This document shows positions 21,737 to 31,938 of a stretch of 64,000 nt of DNA, in pieces. The stretch covers positions 381,464 to 445,463 of the forward strand of contig VRVR01000006.1 of the NCBI GenBank assembly GCA_009859145.1. Reading direction: 5' to 3'. Every line of letters starts with the position of its first letter. The stretch's first letter is position 1. Below the pieces are notes generated by a model. The model did no database searches and had not been told where the DNA came from. It was given only the letters and a program-made list of their open reading frames with translations. The DNA is from Andalucia godoyi And28 (taxonomy: Eukaryota; Protista; Jakobida). Both the position numbers and the translations under genes were made by a program.

Positions 21737-23185
21737 TTACCAAACATAACGCATTTCTGCTGTCGGGAAAGCGTTGAACGTGGAGGCGGCTGCAGACGTG
21801 TACGCACCCATGCGCTTCCAGATCATGAAGTCGCCAACATGGACTTCCGGCAACATTCCCATTTCGAGAACACAGTCCATGGAATCGCAGGTGGGTCCGA
21901 AGATCTTGGTCTTGTACATCCTTTCTGCATCCTTGACGCTGCGGAACATTTCCGGGAGTGGCTGAAGGTGGTCAAAGATGATGCAGTTGAACGATCCATA
22001 TACCCCATCATTGATGTAAATGCATCGCAGCTGTTCGTCGTCGTTGTCCTGTTCGGAGACCTCGGATTCGAGCGTGTTCTCGTTCTCGTCATGGCCGCAG
22101 TGTCTGCGCTGTGCACCACGAGGAGGCCGAATCGTGCGAACGGCATGCACCTTGGTCACCAAAGTTGCACACGAGGCAGCAATGTACCGACCGGGTTCTG
22201 CAATGATGCGGACATTCATTTCTTCGGGAAAGTGCGTGTCCAACGCGTCTCTCACGGCCTTTGCGATCTGCGAAAACGACACAGATCCTTCCTCGTCATA
22301 GCCAGGATACCCGCCACCGAGATCCAGCAGCGAAAACGAGATGCCAAACGAGTGGGCTACGTTGAAGATCGACTTTGCCGTCGCAACTGCATCGGCAAAC
22401 GCACTGGCCGACTTGCATCCTGAACCGACGTGGAAGGAGACTCCGATGACGTCTACTCCGAGTTCGATGGCCTTCTTGATCAGTGCAGGGCATTCGTGGA
22501 TCTTGGCACCAAACTTCTTGTTGAACTGGCAGACAGATTGGGAATCGTCGACTGCAATGCGCAATACGCACTGCGCTTCGGGGTGGTGGGAGGCGATCTT
22601 GATGAGTTCCTGCTCATTATCGAACGTCATCATGCGGATGTTGTTCGCGTGCGCATACCGGATATGGGAGACTTGCTTGCAAGGGTTTGCGTAGATGATC
22701 TTGTGGACAGGCGTTCCAACCTCTCTCGCAAGGCTGATTTCGTTGGACGATGCGCAGTCGAAAGACCAGCCGAGCGCGGCAAGCGTGCCCACAATGACTG
22801 GGTTCGGATTGCATTTCATTGCATAGAATGGCTCAACACGGGGCAAGAGATCATGCCACTGCTTGACCTGCGACACGATCTGAGAGATCGAGAACACGTA
22901 GAACGGCATTTCAGGATCCTCTTCCAGAATGCGGCTGCTGATCAGCGACTCGGAAGAAACCGTGCAATCGATTGACGGGAGCAGGTGGGACTGTGCGGCA
23001 AGGGCAGCCGACGACACGAGGTGGTGCTTCAGTTTATGCTCATGGTCAGAATGGAGAAGTGGGCTCGGGAGCGAGTGGTGATGGTGATGGTGATGGTGAT
23101 GGTGATGCTCAGTCAACACGGTCGAAGAAGAAGTCGAAGTATGGGTGCTGGTGACAGCGGATGACTCGGAGACGCAAATGAGCAT
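21737..23185 (-). CDS. ODC: Ornithine decarboxylase
   Basis: PFYAMKCN (PLP lysine), FDCAS, DLGGGYPG, EPGRY, FGPTCDS (catalytic Cys) and GAYT. Confidence 0.96.
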   Translation of the reverse strand: MLICVSESSAVTSTHTSTSSSTVLTEHHHHHHHHHHHSLPSPLLHSDHEHKLKHHLVSSAALAAQSHLLPSIDCTVSSESLISSRILEEDPEMPFYVFSISQIVSQVKQWHDLLPRVEPFYAMKCNPNPVIVGTLAALGWSFDCASSNEISLAREVGTPVHKIIYANPCKQVSHIRYAHANNIRMMTFDNEQELIKIASHHPEAQCVLRIAVDDSQSVCQFNKKFGAKIHECPALIKKAIELGVDVIGVSFHVGSGCKSASAFADAVATAKSIFNVAHSFGISFSLLDLGGGYPGYDEEGSVSFSQIAKAVRDALDTHFPEEMNVRIIAEPGRYIAASCATLVTKVHAVRTIRPPRGAQRRHCGHDENENTLESEVSEQDNDDEQLRCIYINDGVYGSFNCIIFDHLQPLPEMFRSVKDAERMYKTKIFGPTCDSMDCVLEMGMLPEVHVGDFMIWKRMGAYTSAAASTFNAFPTAEMRYVW

Positions 23186-23357
23186 TGGGTGTCTAAGAGA
23201 CCCTAACCAACTATGAACCCAGAATTTCTAAGAAAAAGGAAAATAGAAGAAGAAGAAGAAAGAAGAAGAGAGAGAAGGGAGAGCAGCAGAAAAAGAAAAG
23301 AAAGAGAGAAAGGAGAGAAAACGTAATGCTCAGTGGAAAAAAAAAAAAGTGGTTGTA

Positions 23358-23414
23358 TTATTCCATTGATCCAGTCACGGATTCGCGGATTGCGGAGAAT
23401 TTCTCTGATGCCAT
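23358..23414 (-). promoter_or_regulatory. Candidate uORF upstream of ODC (MASEKFSAIRESVTGSME*)
   Basis: ATG-initiated 18-codon ORF ending about 170 nt before the ODC ATG. Whether it is within the transcript is unknown. Confidence 0.3.
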
Positions 23415-24607
23415 TCTTTCTTATCGCCCTGCGGTGTGTAACCCCTTCTGACGTTGACACACCCGGGAGAGTGGCGGGCGGGTTGCCGATTGTCGACCTG
23501 TGGGAAAACACTTCCCGATAATTGTTTTCCTCAAAATGCCTCCTTCACCTAACAGGCAACTCTCATTCATAAAATAAAATAAAATAACGTTTCCTTTTTT
23601 CTTTTATATATATATATATATATATTTATGATCTGAGATATTTTATAATATAAAGAGGAACCACATGACATGCAATATTCGGAACCCCGTTTAATTAATT
23701 ACAAAAAATGCGTCTCGAAGCGAGCGCGGTTAAAGCCAAAACACTTTGATATCTCTCTTCCATGACGCTCAGAAGATGATGGGGGCTTCCTCTGGCAAGA
23801 TCGAGTAAATCGCGGACGTCTCTATTCCATCGAATCCATCCGAGAGTATCTCGCAAGTCGCTCCGTCACAACTGCCACGGAAAAAAAGAATGCAAAGAGA
23901 AGACGATCTGTTGCGCGAGAGTCTCCAGCGATCATCAACGGCCCGATCTCGAAACGACAAGTTCAAGACCCTTCAAAACGGCAATATCGCGTCCGGGATC
24001 AACGTCAACCACTCCGCTTTTAAAGGCGATGGCGTAGCGGAAACATCGAAGAAGCTGTGGTTGCCCACAAAGACCGTGTCGCTCGATTCGGTTTCGATCT
24101 CCTCAGCTTGGATTTTCCCAGACGTTTGCTGTTCGACTCCGATCATTCACACGACACGACGAGCAGTGTTGACCTGTTGTGGTCCAGGACGAAGCAACTG
24201 AAGAGTACACACACTGTGGAGTTCGAAATGGATCGCGATTGGCTTTGGTTCTCGAAATGTATGTTTGAAGCATTATTCAATCATATTTTGAGCGCTTTTT
24301 TTGCTTTTTTAAGCGAAGTGCGCGATGGCTGCCTCGGCGCTTCTCGTGTAGGGAGTTGTACGCATAAATCTCATGAAAGCGACGCGAGTGTTTGCCAGTA
24401 CTGATCAGCATTGATGGGCATTGGAACGAGGCGTGGACACAAAACTGGAAACTACAGTGCGTACTTTCCCCCCCTCTTTCCTTCCATGGTTGCAAGCCCA
24501 AACGCCCCCAACCGGGTCGTCCGCAAACGAGGACGACAAGTTTGAATAAAACAGTAATTGTGTGCACAGTGCGTACAGAGAAGCTGCCCGACCACGAAAT
24601 CTCGACA

Positions 24608-25129
24608 ATGTCAAATTTGCTTCCACCTCTGAATCTGTTCAAATGGATTGAGGAGCATCGAGCGGAACTGAAGCCTCCGGTGGGAAACAAGATGATTTAC
24701 AACGAAGGGGAGTTCCGAGTTATGGTGGTTGGCGGTCCCAACTCGCGCACGGATTACCACGTTGAAGTTGGTCCCGAGTGGTTTTTCCAAATCCAAGGAG
24801 ACATTGTTGTGCGCATCATCGATCCGGACACAAAGCGTCCCCGTGATATTGCGATCAAGGAAGGCGAGATGTTTCTCCTGCCGCCGTTTGTGCCGCACTC
24901 TCCGCAACGTACAGAAGGTTCCGTGGGCCTTGTGATTGAGCGGGAGCGCAAGCGCGATGAACCGCTCGACATCATGAGATGGTACTGCGACAGATGCTTT
25001 GAAACTGTGTATGAGGCATCGCTGTATGCAGACGATCTTTCCGTGCAGCTGAAGCCCGTCATCGAACAGTATCGCTCTGATCCGTCCATGAGAACTTGCA
25101 AATCGTGTGGTCACGTGAATGAAAAGTAA
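24608..25129 (+). CDS. HAAO: 3-hydroxyanthranilate 3,4-dioxygenase
   Basis: PPLNLFKWIEEH, VGGPNSRTDYHVEVGPEWFFQ, VPHSPQR and rubredoxin-like WYCDRC/CKSCG. Confidence 0.96.
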   Translation: MSNLLPPLNLFKWIEEHRAELKPPVGNKMIYNEGEFRVMVVGGPNSRTDYHVEVGPEWFFQIQGDIVVRIIDPDTKRPRDIAIKEGEMFLLPPFVPHSPQRTEGSVGLVIERERKRDEPLDIMRWYCDRCFETVYEASLYADDLSVQLKPVIEQYRSDPSMRTCKSCGHVNEK

Positions 25130-25179
25130 TAATAAAAACAAAAAACAAGCAAGGAGCGAAGGGTGCCGTGCGTATTATT

Positions 25180-26115
25180 TTACTCCACAACGTTCGGTTT
25201 GCTGGTGGTGGTGGTGGTGGCGGTGGTTCGCAACAACCGTTCTTGTTCCATTGCAGAAATGTGTTCCATCATCATGGCCATCATGTGCAATGCCGCTGCG
25301 CTTGCCCGGGGCGCGCCGTCCTTGTCCTTGTCCGCTCCATTACCATTATCATTACCAGTACCGTTGCCAGTGCTACCTCGACTGCGATGTCCGAGATCTG
25401 CATCGCGGCGATCTTTTTCAAAGGTCTTTGACCGTTGACTGTGCGCATGATGATCGTCTCTCCTCCATCCGGACGACGAGTATCCTCGATCATCATCCCT
25501 ATCCCTGTCCCTGTCCCTGTCCCTGTCTCGCTTTCGATCGAAGTGCGCAGACGGCACCACCGCTGCTGTTGGAATGGTTGTAGGCGTCGACGAGCCGCCA
25601 CCCGAGTTCACCGCCATCGACTGCGGAGTCGTTGCAGCAGATAACGATGATGAAGGTAATGAAGAAAAAGAAGAAGAAGAAGCAGCAGCCCATGAAATAT
25701 CGTAAACACGGGAATCAAAGCTGATGGACTTTGCAGTACACGCCTTCAGAGCCTGATCTGGATTCGCGAACTGAACATCAAAAGGCTGGTCAAGAAACGA
25801 CGACCATGCACACGGTCCGAATTGGCTCTGCAGCAACTGCAAAATCGCATCTTTCTTGTCACTCGACACACTCGGACTGATCGTAACAATGCGCCGCGCT
25901 CTGGACCTTCCATCTCGATCTCGCTCCCTGTCCCTCTCTCTGTCTGCATCACGGTGGTCCGATCGGCCTCGACTGAAATAATCTCTATCACGATCCCTAT
26001 CACGATCCCTATCACGATCCCTATCACGATCCCTATCACGATCCCTATCACGATCTCGATGTCGATCCCAACTGCCTTCTCGTTCCTTGTCTTTTTCACG
26101 GTCACGCGAGTCCAT
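25180..26115 (-). CDS. Arg/Asp-repeat protein with RRM-like central domain
   Basis: Two RD dipeptide tracts flank a non-repetitive segment (FDVQFANPDQALKA..ISWA). Confidence 0.65.
   Translation of the reverse strand: MDSRDREKDKEREGSWDRHRDRDRDRDRDRDRDRDRDRDRDRDRDYFSRGRSDHRDADRERDRERDRDGRSRARRIVTISPSVSSDKKDAILQLLQSQFGPCAWSSFLDQPFDVQFANPDQALKACTAKSISFDSRVYDISWAAASSSSFSSLPSSSLSAATTPQSMAVNSGGGSSTPTTIPTAAVVPSAHFDRKRDRDRDRDRDRDDDRGYSSSGWRRDDHHAHSQRSKTFEKDRRDADLGHRSRGSTGNGTGNDNGNGADKDKDGAPRASAAALHMMAMMMEHISAMEQERLLRTTATTTTTSKPNVVE
25985..26056. repeat. 12-bp tandem repeat (CTATCACGATCC), about 6 copies, encoding RDRD
   Basis: Direct observation; coding on the minus strand. Confidence 0.9.
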
Positions 26116-26485
26116 AGCTCACTCACTCTCTGCCACGGTCTCTAGTTCGTCTTCACTAATTTTTCTGTCCCTCTGCTTCCTCTTGCTGGGTGGACAAAGA
26201 TTCGCAAATGTCCGTGAAACCTCCGCGTGTTGCACACCGCACAGGACGATGTGGACTACGTCAGAAAAACAGGCTGTCAAGCACACACTGTTGACTGCAG
26301 CCTTTTTGGATCTTTGGGATTCTTTGCTTTCCTTTCCAGTTTTTTATTTTATTATTTACTTATTATTATTATTATTATTATTATTGATTTCCACTCGCAG
26401 AATAAGAGGGCTTGAAAAAGAACTGAGAAAACGAAGGAGGCGATTATAAAACGCGCGCCAAGCAAAACCGAAATACGACGTCACA

Positions 26486-28117
26486 ATGAGCGACGGATTA
26501 GAGAGAACTGCGCATCTTGCACCTGATATTTACACGTTGATCCAGTCGGTTCGGACTGCGGTGCTGGCGATTCCAGCCGATTCTACAATTGCACACTCTT
26601 GCGGGACTCCGGCGATGAAGTTCTCGCAGTTGCAGATCCTTGAAAACTTGAATGCCCTTGAGCAAATATCCTCGCAGCAGACGCTGCTGCTGAAAGAGGA
26701 TACCACGAAGGACGTTCCAGGCGCAGCGCTCGCGCAGCTGAACAAGACTCTGGCTATGGAGCGGCCGGTGCTTGCGCATCGGGAGAACTTACTCGAGGAT
26801 TTGACATTCTGCATCGAATCTTCTTCAAAGTACTCGTCGCTGAAAAGAAGCCGAGATGAAGCGGCGGCGGCGGCGGAACATGCAGTCCCGTGTGTTACTG
26901 CGCGGTTGTTCGATCGTATTCAGAAGATTTCCGCGGCTGCAAAAGGAATCAAGGGCTTGAATTACATGCAGATGGACGGGGAAGCTCCGCAGGAAGGAAA
27001 TGACGTGGACGTCCATGTTTACAATGACCATTCGATTTACACCATTCGCCTGCGGAACGATGGCGTCGTTCTGGCAGTCTCCGTTGATTTCTACGGTCTT
27101 GCGACCAATGAAAAGGTAGAGAACAAGATGGAGACCCGTGAGAAGGTCGGGAAATTTATGGCGGACTGCATGGAGATTGGCGATTTTGACACCGTCCGAA
27201 GAGAATGGCAAGCGACGTCTGGAATATCCATTGACCTGTTCGAGAGGATCGTGGACATGCAAAACCAGTGGAGCGAACAAAATACTTTTTTGCCGTCTGG
27301 AATTCTGTTTGCTCACCCTTCGAACTTGTATTCGTTTGTGCTCACCCCGTCTCCATCGGGAAGCGGGTACTTGTGCAGAATAGATCGCTGTGCTGTGCTT
27401 TCCACATCGAGCCCGCTGCTTCCACGACCTCTAAGGCAACGGACAAGCCCCTCGACAGAGGATGAAACCATGGTAGAAGCCATGGTCGCGCTGTTCCACG
27501 GGAAATCGCACCGCCTTTGGCTGGGCTCCTACGATCAGGAAGTCGTGAACGACCACTGGAAGTTCAAAACGATAGTTTCCACACGGGTGCATTTTGTGCG
27601 GGTCTGGGAGGTATTTGTAGAGTCCTTGGATCGCGTGTCCTTGGTGCAGTCGGAGATATGCAAGCACGCATCATATGGTCGTCTCGCGGCAATGTGTTAT
27701 CCGTACCTTTCCGGTCCCGGAACAACGTTTGCATATGCTCTTGCATCCGCAGTCAAGCAACACCGGACAGTGCAGTTGTCGTATGATTGTGAGTCTTTTT
27801 CGATTCTTGCTCAATTTTTCGTCTCTTTCCTCCACCGGTCCATTCCCCTGCAGATGACATTCGCTGTCAATGTCAATGGCCACGTGTCCATCGCTTGCAC
27901 GGTAGCATCCGTCCATCAAGCGGATAATGTTCAACCGACAACAACCACGACGCAACAGTCGCTTTCCTTGCAAGATTTCTTGTCTTTACAAATTCGAGGC
28001 TCATTAGAGGAAACTTTCAACACACCCTCACTCGATACATACCTCTCCATTCCAGGAGTGCTAATGCAAATTGAGGAACTTGTAACTCAATACTACGTGC
28101 AAACAACCTGGAGATAA
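26486..28117 (+). CDS. Hypothetical protein, possible Mediator Med1-like N-terminal domain
   Basis: 543-aa ORF. DRIQKISAAAKG..IYTIRLRNDGVVLAVSV..MEIGDFDTV resembles the Med1 pattern. The identity is tentative. Confidence 0.5.
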   Translation: MSDGLERTAHLAPDIYTLIQSVRTAVLAIPADSTIAHSCGTPAMKFSQLQILENLNALEQISSQQTLLLKEDTTKDVPGAALAQLNKTLAMERPVLAHRENLLEDLTFCIESSSKYSSLKRSRDEAAAAAEHAVPCVTARLFDRIQKISAAAKGIKGLNYMQMDGEAPQEGNDVDVHVYNDHSIYTIRLRNDGVVLAVSVDFYGLATNEKVENKMETREKVGKFMADCMEIGDFDTVRREWQATSGISIDLFERIVDMQNQWSEQNTFLPSGILFAHPSNLYSFVLTPSPSGSGYLCRIDRCAVLSTSSPLLPRPLRQRTSPSTEDETMVEAMVALFHGKSHRLWLGSYDQEVVNDHWKFKTIVSTRVHFVRVWEVFVESLDRVSLVQSEICKHASYGRLAAMCYPYLSGPGTTFAYALASAVKQHRTVQLSYDCESFSILAQFFVSFLHRSIPLQMTFAVNVNGHVSIACTVASVHQADNVQPTTTTTQQSLSLQDFLSLQIRGSLEETFNTPSLDTYLSIPGVLMQIEELVTQYYVQTTWR

Positions 28118-28214
28118 ATTAATAGTAATGATAATGAAGAAAAAACGAACAACCAAAACAAAAAAAAAAAAAAAAAAGAGAGAAAACGCAAAAATTGAAG
28201 AAAACCACTGCAGC

Positions 28215-30647
28215 TTATGAGGAGGATGTCGGCATGAATGTGGCGACTTGCTCTCGAAACATCTCCTTGACGTGCGCCAAGTCCGCTTCCAATTCCAGCA
28301 CTCGTTCCTCCTTTTCTCCGATCAGTTGAAGAGCCATTTCATAGCGAATCTCCAGCTTTCTCATCTTCGATGACACGCGTCGTTCGCGCGCAAGAGCGAG
28401 AGACAACTTGTCAATCTTCAATCGAAGTTCATGAACAAGATCGGATCCATTCGGACGTGAAAACGGTTCAAGCACGGATGCAGAATCAAGATCGTCTTCA
28501 TCAACTGCGACCGGCGAAGACTGCTCATGCCCAGAGCTTCTTGTGTGGGGACCGTCAGCGCCAGCATCCAGCTCCGATCCGGAGAGTGAGTAGCGAAATG
28601 GCGGTCGCTGTCCCGAGGAATCAGGAACCGAAGAAGGGGTGACTTGGGATTGGTGCTGCTCCAAACGTGTCTGGAACGACAAATGCTGGCTCATCAATTG
28701 CTTCTGCAGATTCTGGACCTCGATTCGCAACGACTCCACTTTTTCCAACAATTGCGTCTTTTCAAGTGCAAACAGGGACTGAAGAGAATCGGATTCTGCA
28801 CGAATGCGCGATGCCTCCGATTTTGCGGATTCGCACTGCTTCTCCGCATCCAGCACCAGCAGCTGCATGCTGCTGTGTTGCCGTTCTAAACTGCGAATTT
28901 TTTCCAGCAACGCCCTTTCTTTTGATTCCTTTTCCTCATATTTCAGCAGCATGTCCGCTTCTCGAGATTCAAATCCAGCAAGCCGTTCCTGCAGCATTTG
29001 CCGAACAGAGTAGAATTCGACTTTCTGAGAGGACATGGACCTTTCCAGTGACTCGATCTGTTTCAGCAGATCGCTGTTCGGATCAACAACTTCTCTAGGA
29101 GCCGTTGCGGTGTCACGCAGCCGCACCTGTAGGCATTTCATTTGCTCCATCAGCATCGATATCGTGTTTTCATACTCGTCCTTTGTTCTTGCATTCAGTT
29201 GCTGTTGCGCCTCCAAATCGGAAGTCAGCTTCACGCGGAGAGCATCTATCCGCGACTGCGTGTCCGTAGCAGCACGCTTAATGCGGTTTTTTAGGTCCAC
29301 ATTCTCCGCCTCCGCAAGGTTGCATCGCTTCTCAACCGCGTCGAGCAGCTTGGTTTTCTCTTCCAGATCCCGACCCGCAGCCGAACTCCACTCTCGCAGC
29401 TTGTTGTAATTCTCCGAGACTTCCTTGTGCATGCCTTCCAGTTCATTTAACCGCACAAGGCGAACATCCGCGTCCCTTTTCTCGGCACGCAGTTGCTTGA
29501 CTCTTGATTCCAGCAACGACACCTTTTGTGCCAACTGGTCACCTTCCGACGACAATTGCTGGTTCGCCTCCATCGCCCCGGCAGTCTTTGCAAGCTTGCA
29601 TGTAACATCCTGTACCTCTCTTTGGAGATTCGTAATAATGACCTGCGATTGTTCAACTTGCCTCTCCTTCACAGAGAGCAACTCGCGAATATCCTTGCAC
29701 TGCTTTTCAGACTGCGCAAGCCTGTTCTGTACCGCTGCAAACTGGCTCCTAAGGACATGAATCTCTTCAGTTCCGTCAGCTTTCGGAATTGCGTGATCGA
29801 CGATCATCTGCTGTGTCTGCGACTGTTCGAGTACTCCACTCGGGCGTTCTGCGGACGGGGCCAGGGGCAGAGGGAGTGGTGGCGCAGACTCGGCTCGACC
29901 CAAGTTGTCTGTGTGAATATAATCTGGAGTCGCGGAGGGAGAATCAGTTGCAGAAGAAACGTTCGGAATGGGGGACGGGCCGATTGCAGGCGCAGATGGC
30001 GATGTTGGAGACATACCAACCGACAGATCATCCGCAGAAGACCGGTTTGAAGATGCCGTTGGAGAAATCAGCGTTCCACTCTTTGAGACAGGGATTCGTT
30101 CGCGAATTCGAATCCTGATTATCTCGCCATCCTCGGCGGCCATCAATTTGACTTGAATGCGATTTGTTGTTCGAACCTTGCGCACTGGAGTCTCGCCACC
30201 TGCAGGGCCAGTTGAATTTTGGTTCTGGTTCTGGTTCTGAGTCGGGGTGGAAGTGGCAGAGAACAGAGGACTCGATCCATCGAATACACCTTTTGGGACC
30301 AGATTCTTCTCAAAAAACTCGGAAAACAGCTTCGAAGTTTTCGCGAACGTCAATCCTTCTGAATTCTGTTCTAGTGGCTGATCGACAGCGAGATGCTGGT
30401 GGTGATTTGTAAAAGAAGAAGACGACGAAGTGGGAGGAGGAGTGGATTGCACTGCATTTGGTTGCGCAAGAGAGGAAGCGCGCTGTGAAGGCGCAGCAGC
30501 AGCCTGAGTGGGCGTCGATGTGCTCAAAGTACTCGAGGACGCGTTCGCTTGCTGTACTTTCCGAATTGTATTATCAAACGATTCGCCAACATTCTTCACT
30601 GCATCTTGCAAAAACTTCTTGAATGGCGAAGATCCATCCGTGAACAT
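28215..30647 (-). CDS. TMF1: TMF1/Sgm1-like golgin
   Basis: Long coiled coil with C-terminal RYEMALQLIGEKEERVLELEADLAHVKEMFREQV (TMF C-terminal motif). Start chosen at ATG 30647. Confidence 0.85.
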   Translation of the reverse strand: MFTDGSSPFKKFLQDAVKNVGESFDNTIRKVQQANASSSTLSTSTPTQAAAAPSQRASSLAQPNAVQSTPPPTSSSSSFTNHHQHLAVDQPLEQNSEGLTFAKTSKLFSEFFEKNLVPKGVFDGSSPLFSATSTPTQNQNQNQNSTGPAGGETPVRKVRTTNRIQVKLMAAEDGEIIRIRIRERIPVSKSGTLISPTASSNRSSADDLSVGMSPTSPSAPAIGPSPIPNVSSATDSPSATPDYIHTDNLGRAESAPPLPLPLAPSAERPSGVLEQSQTQQMIVDHAIPKADGTEEIHVLRSQFAAVQNRLAQSEKQCKDIRELLSVKERQVEQSQVIITNLQREVQDVTCKLAKTAGAMEANQQLSSEGDQLAQKVSLLESRVKQLRAEKRDADVRLVRLNELEGMHKEVSENYNKLREWSSAAGRDLEEKTKLLDAVEKRCNLAEAENVDLKNRIKRAATDTQSRIDALRVKLTSDLEAQQQLNARTKDEYENTISMLMEQMKCLQVRLRDTATAPREVVDPNSDLLKQIESLERSMSSQKVEFYSVRQMLQERLAGFESREADMLLKYEEKESKERALLEKIRSLERQHSSMQLLVLDAEKQCESAKSEASRIRAESDSLQSLFALEKTQLLEKVESLRIEVQNLQKQLMSQHLSFQTRLEQHQSQVTPSSVPDSSGQRPPFRYSLSGSELDAGADGPHTRSSGHEQSSPVAVDEDDLDSASVLEPFSRPNGSDLVHELRLKIDKLSLALARERRVSSKMRKLEIRYEMALQLIGEKEERVLELEADLAHVKEMFREQVATFMPTSSS

Positions 30648-30818
30648 TTCTTTGTGCTGGCCCTGTGTACTTTGTGCAGCGACGTAGCTCTGGCCTCCTC
30701 TTTGTAGCAAGAGAATGGGACCGTTCAGTGATCCAATGAAGATCCAAGGCAAACCCGTCATCATCATCATCATCACCCAGCGAGTCAGCCTCGAGAAGTG
30801 TGCTCCAAGTCACAGCTA

Positions 30819-31210
30819 CAGACGGCAGTCAAGGATGCTCCTCCAGATACTGGTGGCTCACTGGCTGCGCCTCAAGCAGATTATTTAATGTAAAAGCGCC
30901 CTTTTTTTAATTATAGATTTACAATCAGCATCAGCGCCCATCCAAATGAGTTCCCCCTTTGAGTGGGACATCCGTGGGTCTGCGCACCCCAAAACACCGA
31001 CAGCCTATTCTTTCGTCAAAGCTCTCGAATTGATCAATTAGTACATTCGTCAGAAACCGTTTGGACTCTGGGAACCAGGAGGAAACCAGGGGTTTCAACG
31101 AGCTTCATTTACTGCCATTTCGCATTTTTAATCCATTCGTTCATTCTCTGTTTTCAATCGAGCGGATGTTGTATTCATTCTGTTGATTGGCAATGGAGTG
31201 CGCCACACCC

Positions 31211-31300
<90 letters not shown>

Positions 31301-31445
31301 CGCGGAGGAATCATCGATTACAAAGGAATGCGGCTGTCAATATTCGACAGTGTCTCATTGGGCCTCGACCTGCACACCTTCAGCCATGCTATCCGATGAT
31401 CTTCACAGCCGTCCACCAGACGTTTTGGGTTGGAGGGCTGTGCTG
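30819..31445 (+). mobile_element. MITE-like family B, copy 1 (long or interrupted)
   Basis: The 5' block (30860-30975) and 3' block (31305-31445) match the copies at 41588 and 47569. Ends read TA|CAG and CTG|TA. Confidence 0.7.
31215..31298. repeat. (AG)n microsatellite, about 42 units
   Basis: Direct observation; inside family B copy 1. Confidence 0.97.
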
Positions 31446-31938
31446 TACGGATGAAACTTTATTCTTATTATTTTTGTTTTGCCCATGCTCCGACTTTTGG
31501 ACACGATCACGCGGGCCATCATTTCCCATCCAAACCCGTGCTCCTCCCGTACAAAAAACAATCCAATAAATCCAATAAATCATAATCCCGTCCCCCGTCC
31601 CCCAACCCCACCCCCCCAAACACGCAGCCCACGCCTCACGTGCCCCGGACCCACTTCCAAAGACGACGGCAACATCCACTTCAAAAAGACGCCCATTTTG
31701 GAACAGGGGATTTCGCTAGAGAGAAACCAAACAAGCACAAATACAATAGCAAATACAATAACAAAAAAGGAAGAGCCAAAGGAAGGAGCTCCAGAAAGAA
31801 GACATATTTGTCATTGATGGTTGTGACTTTACGGTTCTCCAACCCAATTCCTTTTCTTATCGTATCTTATCTTTATCTTTCCTTTTTCATTGACGAGACT
31901 GCCTTGAAAAGTAAGGAAGAACAGGCTTTCGGATTAGT

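Noticed and set aside
23186-23560. Conserved uCC (PPW-type) uORF known from ODC/AZIN homologues
   Set aside because: No PPW or terminal PS-stop motif in any upstream frame.
25985-26056. Regular 12-bp array as a CRISPR-like structure
   Set aside because: There are no spacers; it is the coding RDRD tract of a eukaryotic gene. No CRISPR array or cas gene was seen anywhere.
30648-30776. Upstream poly-Met start for the TMF1-like gene
   Set aside because: It derives from a (CAT)n repeat, and the extension overlaps or abuts family B copy 1. ATG 30647 gives a more typical golgin N-terminus.
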